Shown piece after piece: positions 1-11,100 of a stretch of 64,000 nt of DNA. The notes beneath the pieces were generated by a model that saw only the letters and a list, made by a program, of their open reading frames with translations, had not been told where the DNA came from and searched no databases. Source of the stretch: Nemertoderma westbladi (Eukaryota > Animalia > Xenacoelomorpha); the NCBI GenBank assembly GCA_032718475.1, contig JAUCBJ010008799.1, positions 100,145 to 164,144 of the forward strand, written 5' to 3'. The stretch's first letter is position 1, and every line of letters starts with the position of its first letter. The position numbers and the translations under genes were made by a program.

Positions 1-1608
1 GTCCGGTTTTAACCAGAGAACCAGAGATAACCAGAGACCAGATTCTGGTTAGGTCCTGAGCCACCATCATTTACAGCATCCATCAGTTTGGACAACAGAG
101 ATGGAAATACACTCTTTGGGAGCAAGTCTAGTTTCGGGTGTTTTGTTTTAAAGTCATGTAGTATGTTTCTCCAACGTTTTTTTAATGGACCAAAAAAGGC
201 CACATCTTGCGGTTGCAATTTATCTGTGGAATTTGCAGGAAGGCAAATAAATTGTATATTGTGCAACTCACAAAGCCGAAGCACTTCCATCGACAAATGC
301 GTAGAGAGATTATCACCAATGGTAATCTTCTTAGTTTCGTTACCATTTGCTTTTAGGACAGGTAATAGTATAGAAATGAACCACTCTTCAAAACCCTTAG
401 TTTCAAACCATCCCGATGGCGAACACGAATATCTACTTCCTTGTGGGCCCCCAAGTGTTTATGATGTATAGACTGACCCAGCCTTATAAACTACGAATGG
501 GGGTAGCAATTTTCCTGCGGCCGATTTGCCTTTGAGTGATCCCTAACCCTTTCAGGGTATTTGGTGATCATAAGAACTTTTTTTTTGCCAGGGTCATCAG
601 ACAAGTTGCTTTCGCATAGTTAAATAAACAGTCCGATGTAACTCCTTCAGCCTCTTTTTCGAACCGATCAAAAAATTCATTCACAACTGTAGCATCTACT
701 TGGGCACGTTTACGTTTGATATTATTTCCTGCTATTCGAGTAGTTAAGAGTTCATGCCTTCCCAAAGACGAATAAACGAATTCATTACTTGGGAGATTAT
801 CCTTAAAAACCTTGCTTCTAACTCCTTTGGTGTCTAAAATAGTCTTAACCAAAATGCGAAGATCAAACGAATCAATTGGAAATCCCCAATCACACATCAG
901 TTGAATGTGATTTACCAATACATTCTCTTGTTCAGTTGTTAAAACGGGAGGTTTTCCTGGGGGGTTTGGTTTAAGTTTTTTTAATCGACATTGCAAAGTT
1001 GCTCGTGAAATTTGAAATTGTTTCTCTGCTTCACGCTGACTCATGCCTTTCTTTATAGCATCTAGTGCCTTATCCACATCCTCTGAGGTATAATTTAAGT
1101 AATTTCGAGCACCTAATCGCTTTTTGTGTGCTCTTGGCATGGTAGTCAAATATATAGTTATAAGTTAGTTAATAGTTATATATAAGTTAAATATATATTT
1201 CGTGTGTTTGTTATTTAATCACCAGTAGCAGTAAGCCTACCCCTGCCTACACAACAATGTCATATGCCATGTGGCTAAAGTTAAAGTTAACTACTGTACT
1301 TCATGAACACAAAACTGGTTAGATGGCCAGACTCAGAATATAAAATAGATGACTTATGACTGATTATCATTACATGTACAGGTACATGTACTTTGTTTAC
1401 AAGTAGGCCTACTGGTATACAACTGTACAATCTGTAGAGGTACATATTGAATTTCCCACTCTTTTAGAAGCGATGCCTATTTAAAAATTGCCTAGTCTGC
1501 ACTGGATGTAGTATTTTAAAGAAGCAACCTGTACAATTTTCATGATATTAAATTTGGTGGCCAGAGAATCCCCATGAAAAAGAAGTGGCTCAAGTTACCA
1601 CATTTACC
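1..1608 (-). mobile_element. pogo/Tigger-like DNA transposon relic; runs off the left edge of the window
   Basis: Contains transposase fragments at 9-1149. A candidate terminal sequence GGTAAATGTGGTAACTTGAGCCAC (- strand) lies at 1585-1608; this boundary is tentative. Confidence 0.6.
9..1149 (-). pseudogene. pogo/Tigger (CENP-B-like) DDE transposase, frameshifted
   Basis: N-terminal HTH-psq (ALDAIKKGMSQREAEKQFQISRATL) and CENP-B HTH (MCDWGFPI) in ORF 568-1149. DDE_1-type motif LPANSTDKLQPQDVAFFGPLKKRW in ORF 9-296. Confidence 0.85.
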
Positions 1609-1791
1609 AATTATTACTTGTTGTCTAATATAAAGACAAATAAACCATTTTCAAAGTGCTAAGCATACAAAATTAAGTGTTTAAATCAATTCATTAGTGT
1701 CTATATTCATTAACAAACATTTGAAAGTACTTTTTGAAAGTTTTTTCAAACCCCCACGGATATTTATGTAAAATGATGAAAAGTCAGGATA

Positions 1792-2400
1792 GTGAACTCC
1801 CATTTACACAGGTTTTTGAGTTATGTAGGCAAGCAAACACACCCGGATAATAGTAACCGGTTACTAATGGAAGCAAATAGTTGGCAACAAAATGTATACA
1901 AACTTGTTGAGATACGTAATAGGATAAATAGCAAGTCTGGCTCTGCAACCAAGTTTGTTACTTATCGAACTGAGATGAATAAAGAATTACTACTTCACCC
2001 TGTATACCATAATTTGAAGCCATTTGTACCAGATTACATACGTGTATGGTTTACGAGAATTAGGGTCATCTCCCATAACCTAAGAATAGAGACGGGCAGG
2101 TGGTCAAGGACCCCTAGTGATCGAAGAGTCTGTGGTTGCAACAATAAATCGATACAAACAGAAGTACATGTGTTGCTAGAATGTCCGATCTCATTTGAGT
2201 TACGGGAGAGTCAATTTTTTCAAAGTAAATTAAATTTCTGCTCGCTAAACAGTTTATTCTCTTGTGACGATTATTATGTGTTGTGTAATCATTGATTTAT
2301 TTTGGACGCTAAGTGTATAATACAAAGTTATAGTTGTGTATTTTACAAACTTAATTATCTGTGCCATTTAATGAAACTTAGAGTCAATAAACAAATAAAC
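1792..2400 (+). mobile_element. 5'-truncated LINE 3' fragment (ORF2 C-terminal cysteine-rich region)
   Basis: Motif HNLRIETGRW...RVCGC...QTEVHVLLECP is typical of LINE ORF2 C-termini. It is followed by AATAAACAAATAAAC and (AT)n. Confidence 0.7.
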
Positions 2401-2673
2401 ATATATATATAATATAAAAATTTATTACGTTTACTATATTGGAATCCCTGTATTATTTCTTTGTGTTACAACATTTTGGTACACGAATGAGCTAAATTGT
2501 GTCAAAGCACAGTGCAGTGGTGTTTAAACATAACATGTCAAACATCAAGGGTAACAATGAAGTTGTAATCAATCATACTGTAGAACGAAAACCTAAGTAG
2601 TTCCGACCGATTAGGCAGCGATTAAAATTACTAAAACCTACAGATGATACAAACATCCTGTACATACACTCAC

Positions 2674-2788
2674 CTTCCCCTTGTTGTGTGCGCATTTGAG
2701 AATATTCGTGTATTGGTAATCTGCAGTTAAATTCTCGTGAAGAGGTCTAAAGAAATCATCGCCCCTAATTCTCCTGTATGATTGAATT
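2674..2788 (-). other. Possible isolated host exon (115 nt)
   Basis: Pyrimidine tract ending TTCTAAG before the segment, AAG|GTGAGT donor after it, and an open frame IQSYRRIRGDDFFRPLHENLTADYQYTNILKCAHNKGK. No homology recognised. Confidence 0.3.
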
Positions 2789-3009
2789 CTTAGAAATGGG
2801 AAAATGAAGAAGTAGAACCAAGGCAAAAAAGGATTGGTGTTAAAATAAGTATTCATTGTTCCGAGTTCTGAAAGATACAATGGTTTAATAGATAACGTAG
2901 TTAATGTACCACAAAGTCCTATCTACCGCGGTGTTCGCTCTCACTACGAATGCTGGACACTGAAATTAAACTAAAATGTCGGTTTCAGTTTGCCACTTAA
3001 TTCAGTGAC

Positions 3010-3557
3010 TGTGACAGGATCCAGGAAGGATCCCGGTTTATCCGGTTGTTTAGTTCACGCATCCCCGCCGTGTCTATGAAAGGTAAAAAGAGTTCGTGTC
3101 GTTCGTCGTATATAATGATCGGTTGTTCGGGTATATAGATATGAGTATAGATATATAGATAATATTGTCGTATACAGAAGGCGGGATACGGTAATTAAAG
3201 TCCCGGTCCTTCCCTAGCTAAACTAACTAACCTAACTAGCACCAATATGATACTGAGATAACTGAACTGAAATTATTACTGCCAATTGGCTATATTGCAC
3301 GGTTGGCCTTGTTACTCTACCTAATCGATGCCTTTCCCCCCTCTGATTGGTTGATACCCTTGTTGGCGCCCTTTGGAGTGTTTCCGTTCACTCCACCTGT
3401 TCTCTCTGGGTTAGGGGTTTGGCCCCTGACCCTCATTGTGTTTCTCCTTCCCATTTTGTTGGGGTGACACGAGTTGGTGATTACCCAATCTCGTGGCCCC
3501 CAATATTGCTTATCGGCTTAACTTTATGGGGTGTTAGCGGGATTGAATAAGCTAACA
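3010..3557 (-). repeat. 3' LTR of copy A
   Basis: Direct repeat of 14080-14627; reads TGTTAGC...GTCACA on the - strand. Confidence 0.95.
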
Positions 3558-3595
3558 CTCCCCCCCATGCTATCTTCCCGGTGAGAAGATAGCAT
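3558..3595 (-). promoter_or_regulatory. Polypurine tract (GGGGGGGAG) with adjacent 11-bp perfect hairpin
   Basis: PPT at 3558-3566 abuts the LTR. Stem ATGCTATCTTC/GAAGATAGCAT at 3567-3595. Same arrangement in B (PPT 36037-36045) and C (PPT 49914-49922). Confidence 0.85.
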
Positions 3596-4273
3596 CCACC
3601 TTAAGTGCGCTATAATCCCGCTGGATCCCGATCTAGTATCGGGTGTGGGGTGGAATTATTTTCTCTCGGAGCCGGCTTTCCAGGCCGCTCCCTATGGGTA
3701 TGATAACGCTACCCTGCATGCCTGGCGTCTCATGTCGGGCCGATCGCGCTCACCTCTCACGCGACTTTTGTTTCCCCAACACTTTCGCCCTATCTCTTCT
3801 CCACTCTCACCCTAACTCTCTCATACCCTCGGACCTCCTCGTCCCTCACTCAGCCTCTTATTCTCCCCCCCCCCCCCCATACACTAGAATTGCGTCCGCA
3901 CTCTCTCCGCACTTCGCACTATTACTCCGTCCCTCAACCCCACTTTGACTACCTCATCCCTTCTGACGAATCTCCCCCCCTCTTGTGCCGTCGCACTCAA
4001 GAAGTGTGAAGTTGTCTGGTGTCTCGTCCATAGTGCCATAGTCAGTTATCCCCCCAGTCCCAGTAGCTAATTGAGAAAGGTTGTATGACTATAGTACTTA
4101 CTCCGAACGATATGTATTTGTAGATTACTAATTACTACGTACGTACATACAAATTGCACTTATATGATTATTTGCATTAATTAAATTTGTACTTAATAGT
4201 TCGTACGTCCCACGCGGCGCCTTCCAGGCGTACCACGTCCAAGTCTCAGTTTCTCTCCCTCGGCCCTGGGAAC

Positions 4274-6820
4274 CTATCTGTTCCTCTGGGGATAGTTCCC
4301 CCTGGCGTCCTCTTCCCTGGGTCGTTTCTTGGTTACCACCGCTCCTCTGGGGTCCGCTTTCTGCTTTCGGACATTCGCCGCCACCTCCCTGCTGATTCCG
4401 GTTGTTGGCTCCTTGGGCGCTGGTGTTATTAGTGCCCGATATCGCTTCGCCGGTGGCCCCTCAGAGTGGCCCTGTTGTCTCCCTCTGGTGGCGTCCCATA
4501 GGATCATCTTCATTGCTCGCGGTACGTGCTCCGCCAAGAAATCCCTAAACTCCCCTCGGTTCTGTGGCGTCCACCTGTCCAAATATCTTTGTGTGTTCAT
4601 CACTCCGGCATACGACGCCGCCGTTGCTACCTCTTGATAGGTAAACGGTAGCCTCCGCTTTATGATTTCCATGTGAGCCTCCTGATTGATAAGGAAGAAA
4701 CCCCACTTGAACTCCTGGGCCTTCATGCGCTGGCGCGTCATGGCCCCGACGTCGGCCCACTCCTCGAATCTCCTGAACTTCTCTTCGTCGTCCATCCAGT
4801 CGCACTGGCGTCCGTAGTGTCCCCGAAAGTTGCACTTTGGACATCGGTTATGCAACCGTGGACACGCCCCCATCCTGTGGCTCGGCTCTCGGCAGTAGAG
4901 ACAAAAGGTTCCCTTTTGGAACCGGTACAAGCAGCTCCTTTCCTGGTGGGTCTGTCTCCCACAGTAGTCGCAGCCGAGTACCAATGTCTCCCGCCCCACG
5001 TCGTCTTTCGTCCCAAGCGATCTCCGCGGTCTGTGGAGTCGCTGGTAGGCGAACTTCTCCACGTTGGTGTCTCTGTCTACGTCGATCTCTCCGCCCCTCT
5101 CGGGCATCGTCTCCCCGAATACTATCCGTGGTGCCGTCCCCGGTTGCTCGCCCAACCTGATAGTGCTCCCCGCGAAATCCATCGCCGGCTCCTCGTGCAC
5201 CCAGGTCCGCTTGCCGGATCTGTTCCAGAAGGCCCTCGCCCCACTGGCCGTCACCACCCTTCCGCCAACCCAGTCCGTGTCCGAGTGGCCTATCCTCTCG
5301 ATGGGCGGCATCTCTCCGAACTCGTCGTCGTCGTCCTCCTCCTCTGGCAGTGGCTCCAACCCCGGTATCCCGATGGATCCACTATGTCCCTTCCCGCCTT
5401 GGCTCTCGCCCGTAGCTCTCCATCCCTCTAGCTCCCTTAACTTCCTTGGCGGTTGGTCGCCTTCGGCGCCCGCTGGTATGGGCATCGCTTGCAACCCCGA
5501 CGTCGACTGTTTCGGTGATCCCACCGTCCATCCCAGTTCTCGCCCTAGAGACTCCCCCGAACTCCCTGACGAAGTCCAATGAAGCTCGTCTAAGCCTGCC
5601 TGTTCCTCGAAGCCGTAACTCTGTGTCCTGGCCTCCTCTTCCCTCTCCTCTGCTTCTATCCTCTCCCGTCTAGCGACTTCTTCCAGTCGCTTTGCTTCTC
5701 GTCTATCCGTTTCTAGCTGCTCCCATCTCTGATACGGCGTATCTGTCTCCCCGTCTACCAGATGTCGGCTGTTGTAGTACACCGACTCGCCCTTCAGCCC
5801 CGGGTGGTCTACCAGACCGTCGAAGGCCATTTTAAAGGCTCTCCTGTAGCTTAGGGGTGATCCCGATAACAGAAATGCCGCTGGTTCCCTCTCGATAACC
5901 ACGGTCATAAATAAGTTAAGCAAACTTATCATCATCCAATCTTCCTGCAGGATATATCGCTTCTGATATACCTTTATCGCTCCTCTGCGGAATTGATATA
6001 CCTCTTGCTTTCCCGGTCTCGCTCCCCACTTTAGCGAGTTCGCTAGTTCTGCTCCGTATTCTTCCCTGAACTTCCCCCAGTCCATCGGTTTGTGGCACAC
6101 GAGCCCCAATAATTGGCCCATTGCCACCGCCCCGCATTGGCCTGTGTTTTCGACTACCCCCAACCCATCCGGTGCCGTCATAGCCATAAAGACCTTCTGC
6201 ATATCCAGGAGGTTGGTGGCGTCCGGACCGATGATTCTCTCCGCATCCTCGCGAATCGCCGATCCTACTTTCGTCGTCGACTTCTCTCTTACCAAGACTT
6301 GTACCGCTTTCGGTAACCGGTTTAATTTCGGCCCGTCCTTCTTCCCATACGTTCCTAGATCGAATAAGAAGATGTCCCCATTTGGCGCGGCCAAATGTAG
6401 GAGTATGGTCCTGGCCGACCCCGCCGATCCTCGTCTCGAACCCGCCTCGTCTTCCACGGTTCCCTCGTCGTCTAGGATCATATATCCTCCCCTGTTGACG
6501 GACTCTATGAATCTCTTCCAGTCCTTCCTCGGTGATTCCCTCGGGTACTTCGGAATCCCGAACTTCGCCTCGTCCCCTTTCACCACGTAGTGGAAGTGTT
6601 GGAAGATCGCGTTGTCCAGCGACGGCGTCCCGTAGGTCCCGACCAGCCGCTGTTCGTGCATCTCCCGGAAGTGATCCTGCAGCGCTCGTGCCGCGTGACC
6701 CCTTTCCAACCTCTCGTAGTATCCTCTCGTCTTCTCTTCCGGATGCCTCTCGGTGAAATCCACCAGTATCTCCTTTCCTCCTGACTCCGCCTTTCTCTTT
6801 CTGATCAATTTGCTCGCCAT
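4274..6820 (-). CDS. Accessory ORF: DEDDy (WRN/EXD/RNase D-like) 3'-5' exonuclease, coiled-coil/acidic linker, 3 CCHC zinc knuckles (~848 aa, open)
   Basis: ExoI YMILDDEG; LLHLAAPNGDIFLFDL; LPKAVQVLVREKSTTKVGSAIRED (ExoII); LLDMQ; QKRYILQED (ExoIII-like). Knuckles CDYCGRQTHQERSC, CLYCREPSHRMGAC, CPKCNFRGHYGRQC. Confidence 0.8.
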   Translation of the reverse strand: MASKLIRKRKAESGGKEILVDFTERHPEEKTRGYYERLERGHAARALQDHFREMHEQRLVGTYGTPSLDNAIFQHFHYVVKGDEAKFGIPKYPRESPRKDWKRFIESVNRGGYMILDDEGTVEDEAGSRRGSAGSARTILLHLAAPNGDIFLFDLGTYGKKDGPKLNRLPKAVQVLVREKSTTKVGSAIREDAERIIGPDATNLLDMQKVFMAMTAPDGLGVVENTGQCGAVAMGQLLGLVCHKPMDWGKFREEYGAELANSLKWGARPGKQEVYQFRRGAIKVYQKRYILQEDWMMISLLNLFMTVVIEREPAAFLLSGSPLSYRRAFKMAFDGLVDHPGLKGESVYYNSRHLVDGETDTPYQRWEQLETDRREAKRLEEVARRERIEAEEREEEARTQSYGFEEQAGLDELHWTSSGSSGESLGRELGWTVGSPKQSTSGLQAMPIPAGAEGDQPPRKLRELEGWRATGESQGGKGHSGSIGIPGLEPLPEEEDDDDEFGEMPPIERIGHSDTDWVGGRVVTASGARAFWNRSGKRTWVHEEPAMDFAGSTIRLGEQPGTAPRIVFGETMPERGGEIDVDRDTNVEKFAYQRLHRPRRSLGTKDDVGRETLVLGCDYCGRQTHQERSCLYRFQKGTFCLYCREPSHRMGACPRLHNRCPKCNFRGHYGRQCDWMDDEEKFRRFEEWADVGAMTRQRMKAQEFKWGFFLINQEAHMEIIKRRLPFTYQEVATAASYAGVMNTQRYLDRWTPQNRGEFRDFLAEHVPRAMKMILWDATRGRQQGHSEGPPAKRYRALITPAPKEPTTGISREVAANVRKQKADPRGAVVTKKRPREEDARGNYPQRNR

Positions 6821-7299
6821 TCCGAACACTCACTCGCTCACCTGCAAGGTGGTGCCTTACCAAGGCGCAATACAGATGAGTGATGTATCTAGGATGTTCT
6901 GTACGGTCCGATAATGGCCTATTCCTTACTTAACTGCGCCTTTTAGCCTAAATTATTACTAATTAATTCTGAAGCTAGTAAATACACCCTAATTTCGATT
7001 TCTGTCCGTTACTTTTATTATGTTCCAGAATAACTTTCCTAGTGTTGCCATAATTTGTAACTTTCAGCCCTATTCTATTTATTTTTAGTTATTTTAATTC
7101 TACTGTCCTACTACTTACTATTGCCTATGGATTATTCTATTCTCTAATCCACATTCTGGCCTACTCTGTGGGCCTGTGCAGTACAGCAGTATGCGTCGTG
7201 TGGCCACACGATTTACCCAGCTGTACTCATATGCCCCCCTCTCGCTACTAACTGCTAACTAATATCTATATCTTATATACCCTTTTACCTCTTACTCTC

Positions 7300-7990
7300 T
7301 CTCTAACTAACGGTACTACGTACCCTCTAACTCTTTCTCTAACTAACGGTACTACGTACCCTCTAACTCTCTAACTAACTAACGGTACTACGTACCCTCT
7401 AACTCTTCTCTAACTAACGGTACTACGTACCCTCTAACTCTCTAACTAACTAACGGTACTACGTACCCTCTAACTCTTCTCTAACTAACGGTACTACGTA
7501 CCCTCTAACTCTCTAACTAACTAACGGTACTACGTACCCTCTAACTCTCTCTAACTAACTAACGGTACTACGTACCCTCTAACTCTCTAACTAACTAACG
7601 GTACTACGTACCCTCTAACTCTTCTCTAACTAGCTAATGGTACTACGTACCCTCTAACTCTCTAACTAACTAACGGTACTACGTACCCTCTAACTCTTCT
7701 CTAACTAACGGTACTACGTACCCTCTAACTCTCTAACTAACTAACGGTACTACGTACCCTCTAACTCTTCTCTAACTAGCTACGGTACTACGTACCCTCT
7801 AACTCTCTAACTAACTAACGGTACTACGTACCCTCTAACTCTCTACTAACTAACGGTACTACGTACCCTCTAACTCTCTAACTAACTAGCGCTACTACGT
7901 ACCCTCTTAACTAACTAACTAACGCTAGGTACTACCGTACCTCTTAACTAACTAACTCTAGGTACTACGTACCTTCTTACTGACTAACTT
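7300..7990. repeat. Tandem hairpin array in copy A (~19 units of ~35-38 bp)
   Basis: Repeated core GGTACTACGTACCCTCT separated by CTAA/CT-rich spacers. Confidence 0.95.
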
Positions 7991-8174
7991 CTGCCTACTA
8001 ACTGCGTACCTACTATGTACTATTATTTTATTTTTATTTTTATTTTTTATGTGTGGGAAGGGCGTCTCGCCCTCAATCCCACCCCCCTCAGTCCAAACTT
8101 GGACGACTAAACTCATGACTAACTCCACTAAGGTGCCCCTTCTAACAGACAGGTAACACCTCTGCCCGCACCTT

Positions 8175-11100
8175 TTACGGATCTAACTCTTCCATCCCAG
8201 TCCAACCTATTGGACAACTCAGCGACCCAAGGGGTGATTCCTCCAGCAGGCAACTCTCCCACTGCCACCCTATAGGTCCTCTAATTCTTCGCTCCGCTCT
8301 CCTTGTCAATTCTGGTGGTCTTTTCTCCTGTCTTTGGAAATGCTGTCTGTTATTTATGTTTCTGATCTCGTGGTCGTCCCTTGGCGGCAAAGTGCCACCC
8401 TTCAACGTGTCACCCGGCGGTATAATGCCGCCCCTGTTCTTCTCCTTAATCTTAGATGCCACCTCTGCTGGCCTCCCCCTTAATATGTGTGCTGGCATTA
8501 AAGGCCTCGACGACCCCCGTTCGTCCTTCGGTATACACGATCTCTGCCCATGTAATGCCCCTTCGCACTCTGTCAGTCCCGCGTGCGTCTGCAGCACGCC
8601 TCCTACTTTCCCGGCTCCTTTGTCCATCACACGCCCACCCACGGGCTTCTCAGCCCCTGGTCTGGTCGTCTCAAGTCTTCTCCCTTTCCATTTAGTCCTC
8701 CTGCTCGGCCTCCCCCTTGTCGGCATGCCTCCCAACCGGACCGGCATCTCTTCCGGACACTCCTCCGGCCTGTCCCCCGGACATTTTGCCGTCCGCTCCT
8801 CTCCATCTCCATACCGATGCTTGCTGGGACTCTTGTTCCAACCCATCGTCTCTAGATCTTCTGCATCCATGCCATTCTCCTCCGCCCACTCTCTTGGTGT
8901 TGCTTCCACTTCTAGCTGTCTACCACTATTGCCCATCTCTGGCCTCTCCTCTATCTCGTCGACAGTTCCTGGCACCATGCATCCTGAACTCTCAGACACA
9001 TGGAATGGTATATTACTCTTAATTGGGCCTGTCAGTGTCCACCCGAATGGTGTTAATATCGCCACCGGGTCACACTGCTTGTCTTCGCCGAAGACCGTTT
9101 GCATTCTTTCGTGGGCCGTTGGGCAGTCCATTCCTACTATGATGGATACCTTCCTAACGTCCACGTCTGGGATTGAGAAGTCAATGTCGTCCAGGAATTT
9201 ATATTGCTCGACCTCGATGTTGGTTGGCCGCCTGGCATTGATATTAATTGACTCTATCACTTGGATGGGGTCGATGGTTGCCCCATAGTCGCATCCCGGT
9301 GCCACTGCTGCAATTGCGCACCGTCCTGTTCTCATCTCCAGGATCTCATCTTTGCTAGAGATGGTTGTTACCGCCATTCTGCTTGGCCTCGTTCTCAATC
9401 CTATCTCTTCGGCCACCCATTCCTCGACTAATGTGAAGGCAGCTCCACTATCAACCAGCATTAGTGTTGTTACTGATCGATTGCCTTCCCCAATCACTCG
9501 CACGGGTACTACTCCAAGTAACACCGTTCCTCTCTTCTTCGCCCCTACTGTGCTCGTTGCCATCGTTTGGCCTCTCCTTTGACCAAACTTGACCGGCTTC
9601 TCCTTGCATTCCCTTGCTCTATGTCCACTCATCACACATCGCGAGCAGATTTTATTGCTCAACGCATAATCTATCTGATCTTGCCTAGGTAGCGCCTGCC
9701 AGTACCTGCAGTTCATGGTTTGATGAAGCGCATTTGCGTGTAGCTGGCATTTGCTCTTTGGGTCGTAGCCCTCCTTATACAGCGCATTGCGTATCGCAGC
9801 TGCGTTTGTACCAAAGTCCCTACTATTCTTATTGTTTGGATTCGGCCTACTGGACGTACTGGGGTTATATTTATTCGTGTTGTTATTGTTCCCCTGTCCG
9901 TTCCATGGTGTTGTCTTATCTTCGGCTAGCTGTGGACTTGCAGTCCCCTGCGTCGCTGCATATGGCAATGATTGCCTGAGCCTCGGTAATGCGTTTGATG
10001 TATTGTGCTCTGGTTTCGGTCTATGGTAATCCGTCTTCGGTCCCTTTCCCAGGCTATCTTCGCTATAGACTGGGTCAGTTATTAGTTCAGCCTCGTAGTT
10101 TAAGAAGTTTGACATTTCTTCTAAACCCGGTTCCGCACCCTTCTTGTCTCGAGTGGAGAAAGCGATCTTCCTCCACTTGTTGCGCAGCCAGTTCGGTAGT
10201 GCCTGCGCTATCGTGGTGATGTTATTGGACGCGTTGAGCTCGTATGGCGCGTCTAGCGTCTTCAGCACGATTAGCGCCTTTTCGACTTTGTTAGCGAACG
10301 TCTTAATGCTAACGGGATTATCCTGTAGGCCACCCGATGTTATGCCTCTCAGTGTCTGTCTGATGATCTTGGCCGGGTGCCCGTATTCCCTGTCCAGTGC
10401 CCGCCATGCTGTCGTGAAGCCGCCCTCTATTCCTTGATATTGCCTCACGATATCGTATGCTGGGCCTCCCGTGTATACTTGCAGATACTTTAGGCACTCC
10501 GCCTGCGTCAAGTTTTTTGTTAGTATTTCGTTACTATACATGCGCCGAAACTGTAGATATTCTTCCGGCCTACTCCCATCGAATTTGAATGGTTCCACGG
10601 GTGGTAACTCGATCCTCGTTTTCAACGCATCGATCAACGTGGCCATCCCCATCGCCTGCGCTTCCAATGGATTCGATGGGTGCTGTATAGTTTCTCCTGT
10701 CTGGTGCGGTTCGTCCGTCCTATTTCTTGATTTTCTTTGACTTGGGTATGTCATCGGGGGTAGCGGCCCCCTCCATATCTCTGTGTCACACGACCTATTT
10801 TCATCCAAGGGTCTCGTTGTTCTTGCTCCTATCGGGGTATATTGTTGATATTGTGATGGGGGAATGTCACCCTGTCCCCCCCCCCACCGGTATGTTTGGT
10901 ACTGGGGTTGATGTTAATATATTGGGGCCCATACACCTATCCGCAATAATTCCCCCCTCCCCTGGGTATATGTTATGTCCCTGCATGCTGTAGTCATACT
11001 GCTGTACTGGTACCGGTATAGGCCTATCAGCTTCTGGCCTACTCGCCGGTATGTATTCCGCGACTTCCGGGTTTAATCCCGTTGTCCGCGCTATCCTATC

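Noticed and set aside
3005-3015. TSDs GTGAC and GTGTG resembling the LTR terminus (sequence-specific targeting)
   Set aside because: The third TSD is ACTAG, and three sites are too few to infer a preference.
3347-3550. 67-aa ORF repeated at 14417-14620
   Set aside because: Simply the duplicated LTR read antisense; not conserved in the B or C LTRs.
4274-6829. env gene in the third-ORF position
   Set aside because: No signal peptide, TM anchor or fusion-protein cysteine pattern; exonuclease and zinc-knuckle motifs are present instead.
4329-6863. Numerous antisense and overlapping ORFs in A, B and C (e.g. 4673-5431, 5916-6863, 8356-9288)
   Set aside because: Expected shadows of GC-rich, purine-skewed coding sequence; no domain motifs and boundaries not conserved between copies.
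7300-7990. CRISPR array (regularly spaced short palindromes)
   Set aside because: Spacers are near-identical low-complexity sequence rather than unique, there are no cas genes, and the context is a eukaryotic retrotransposon.
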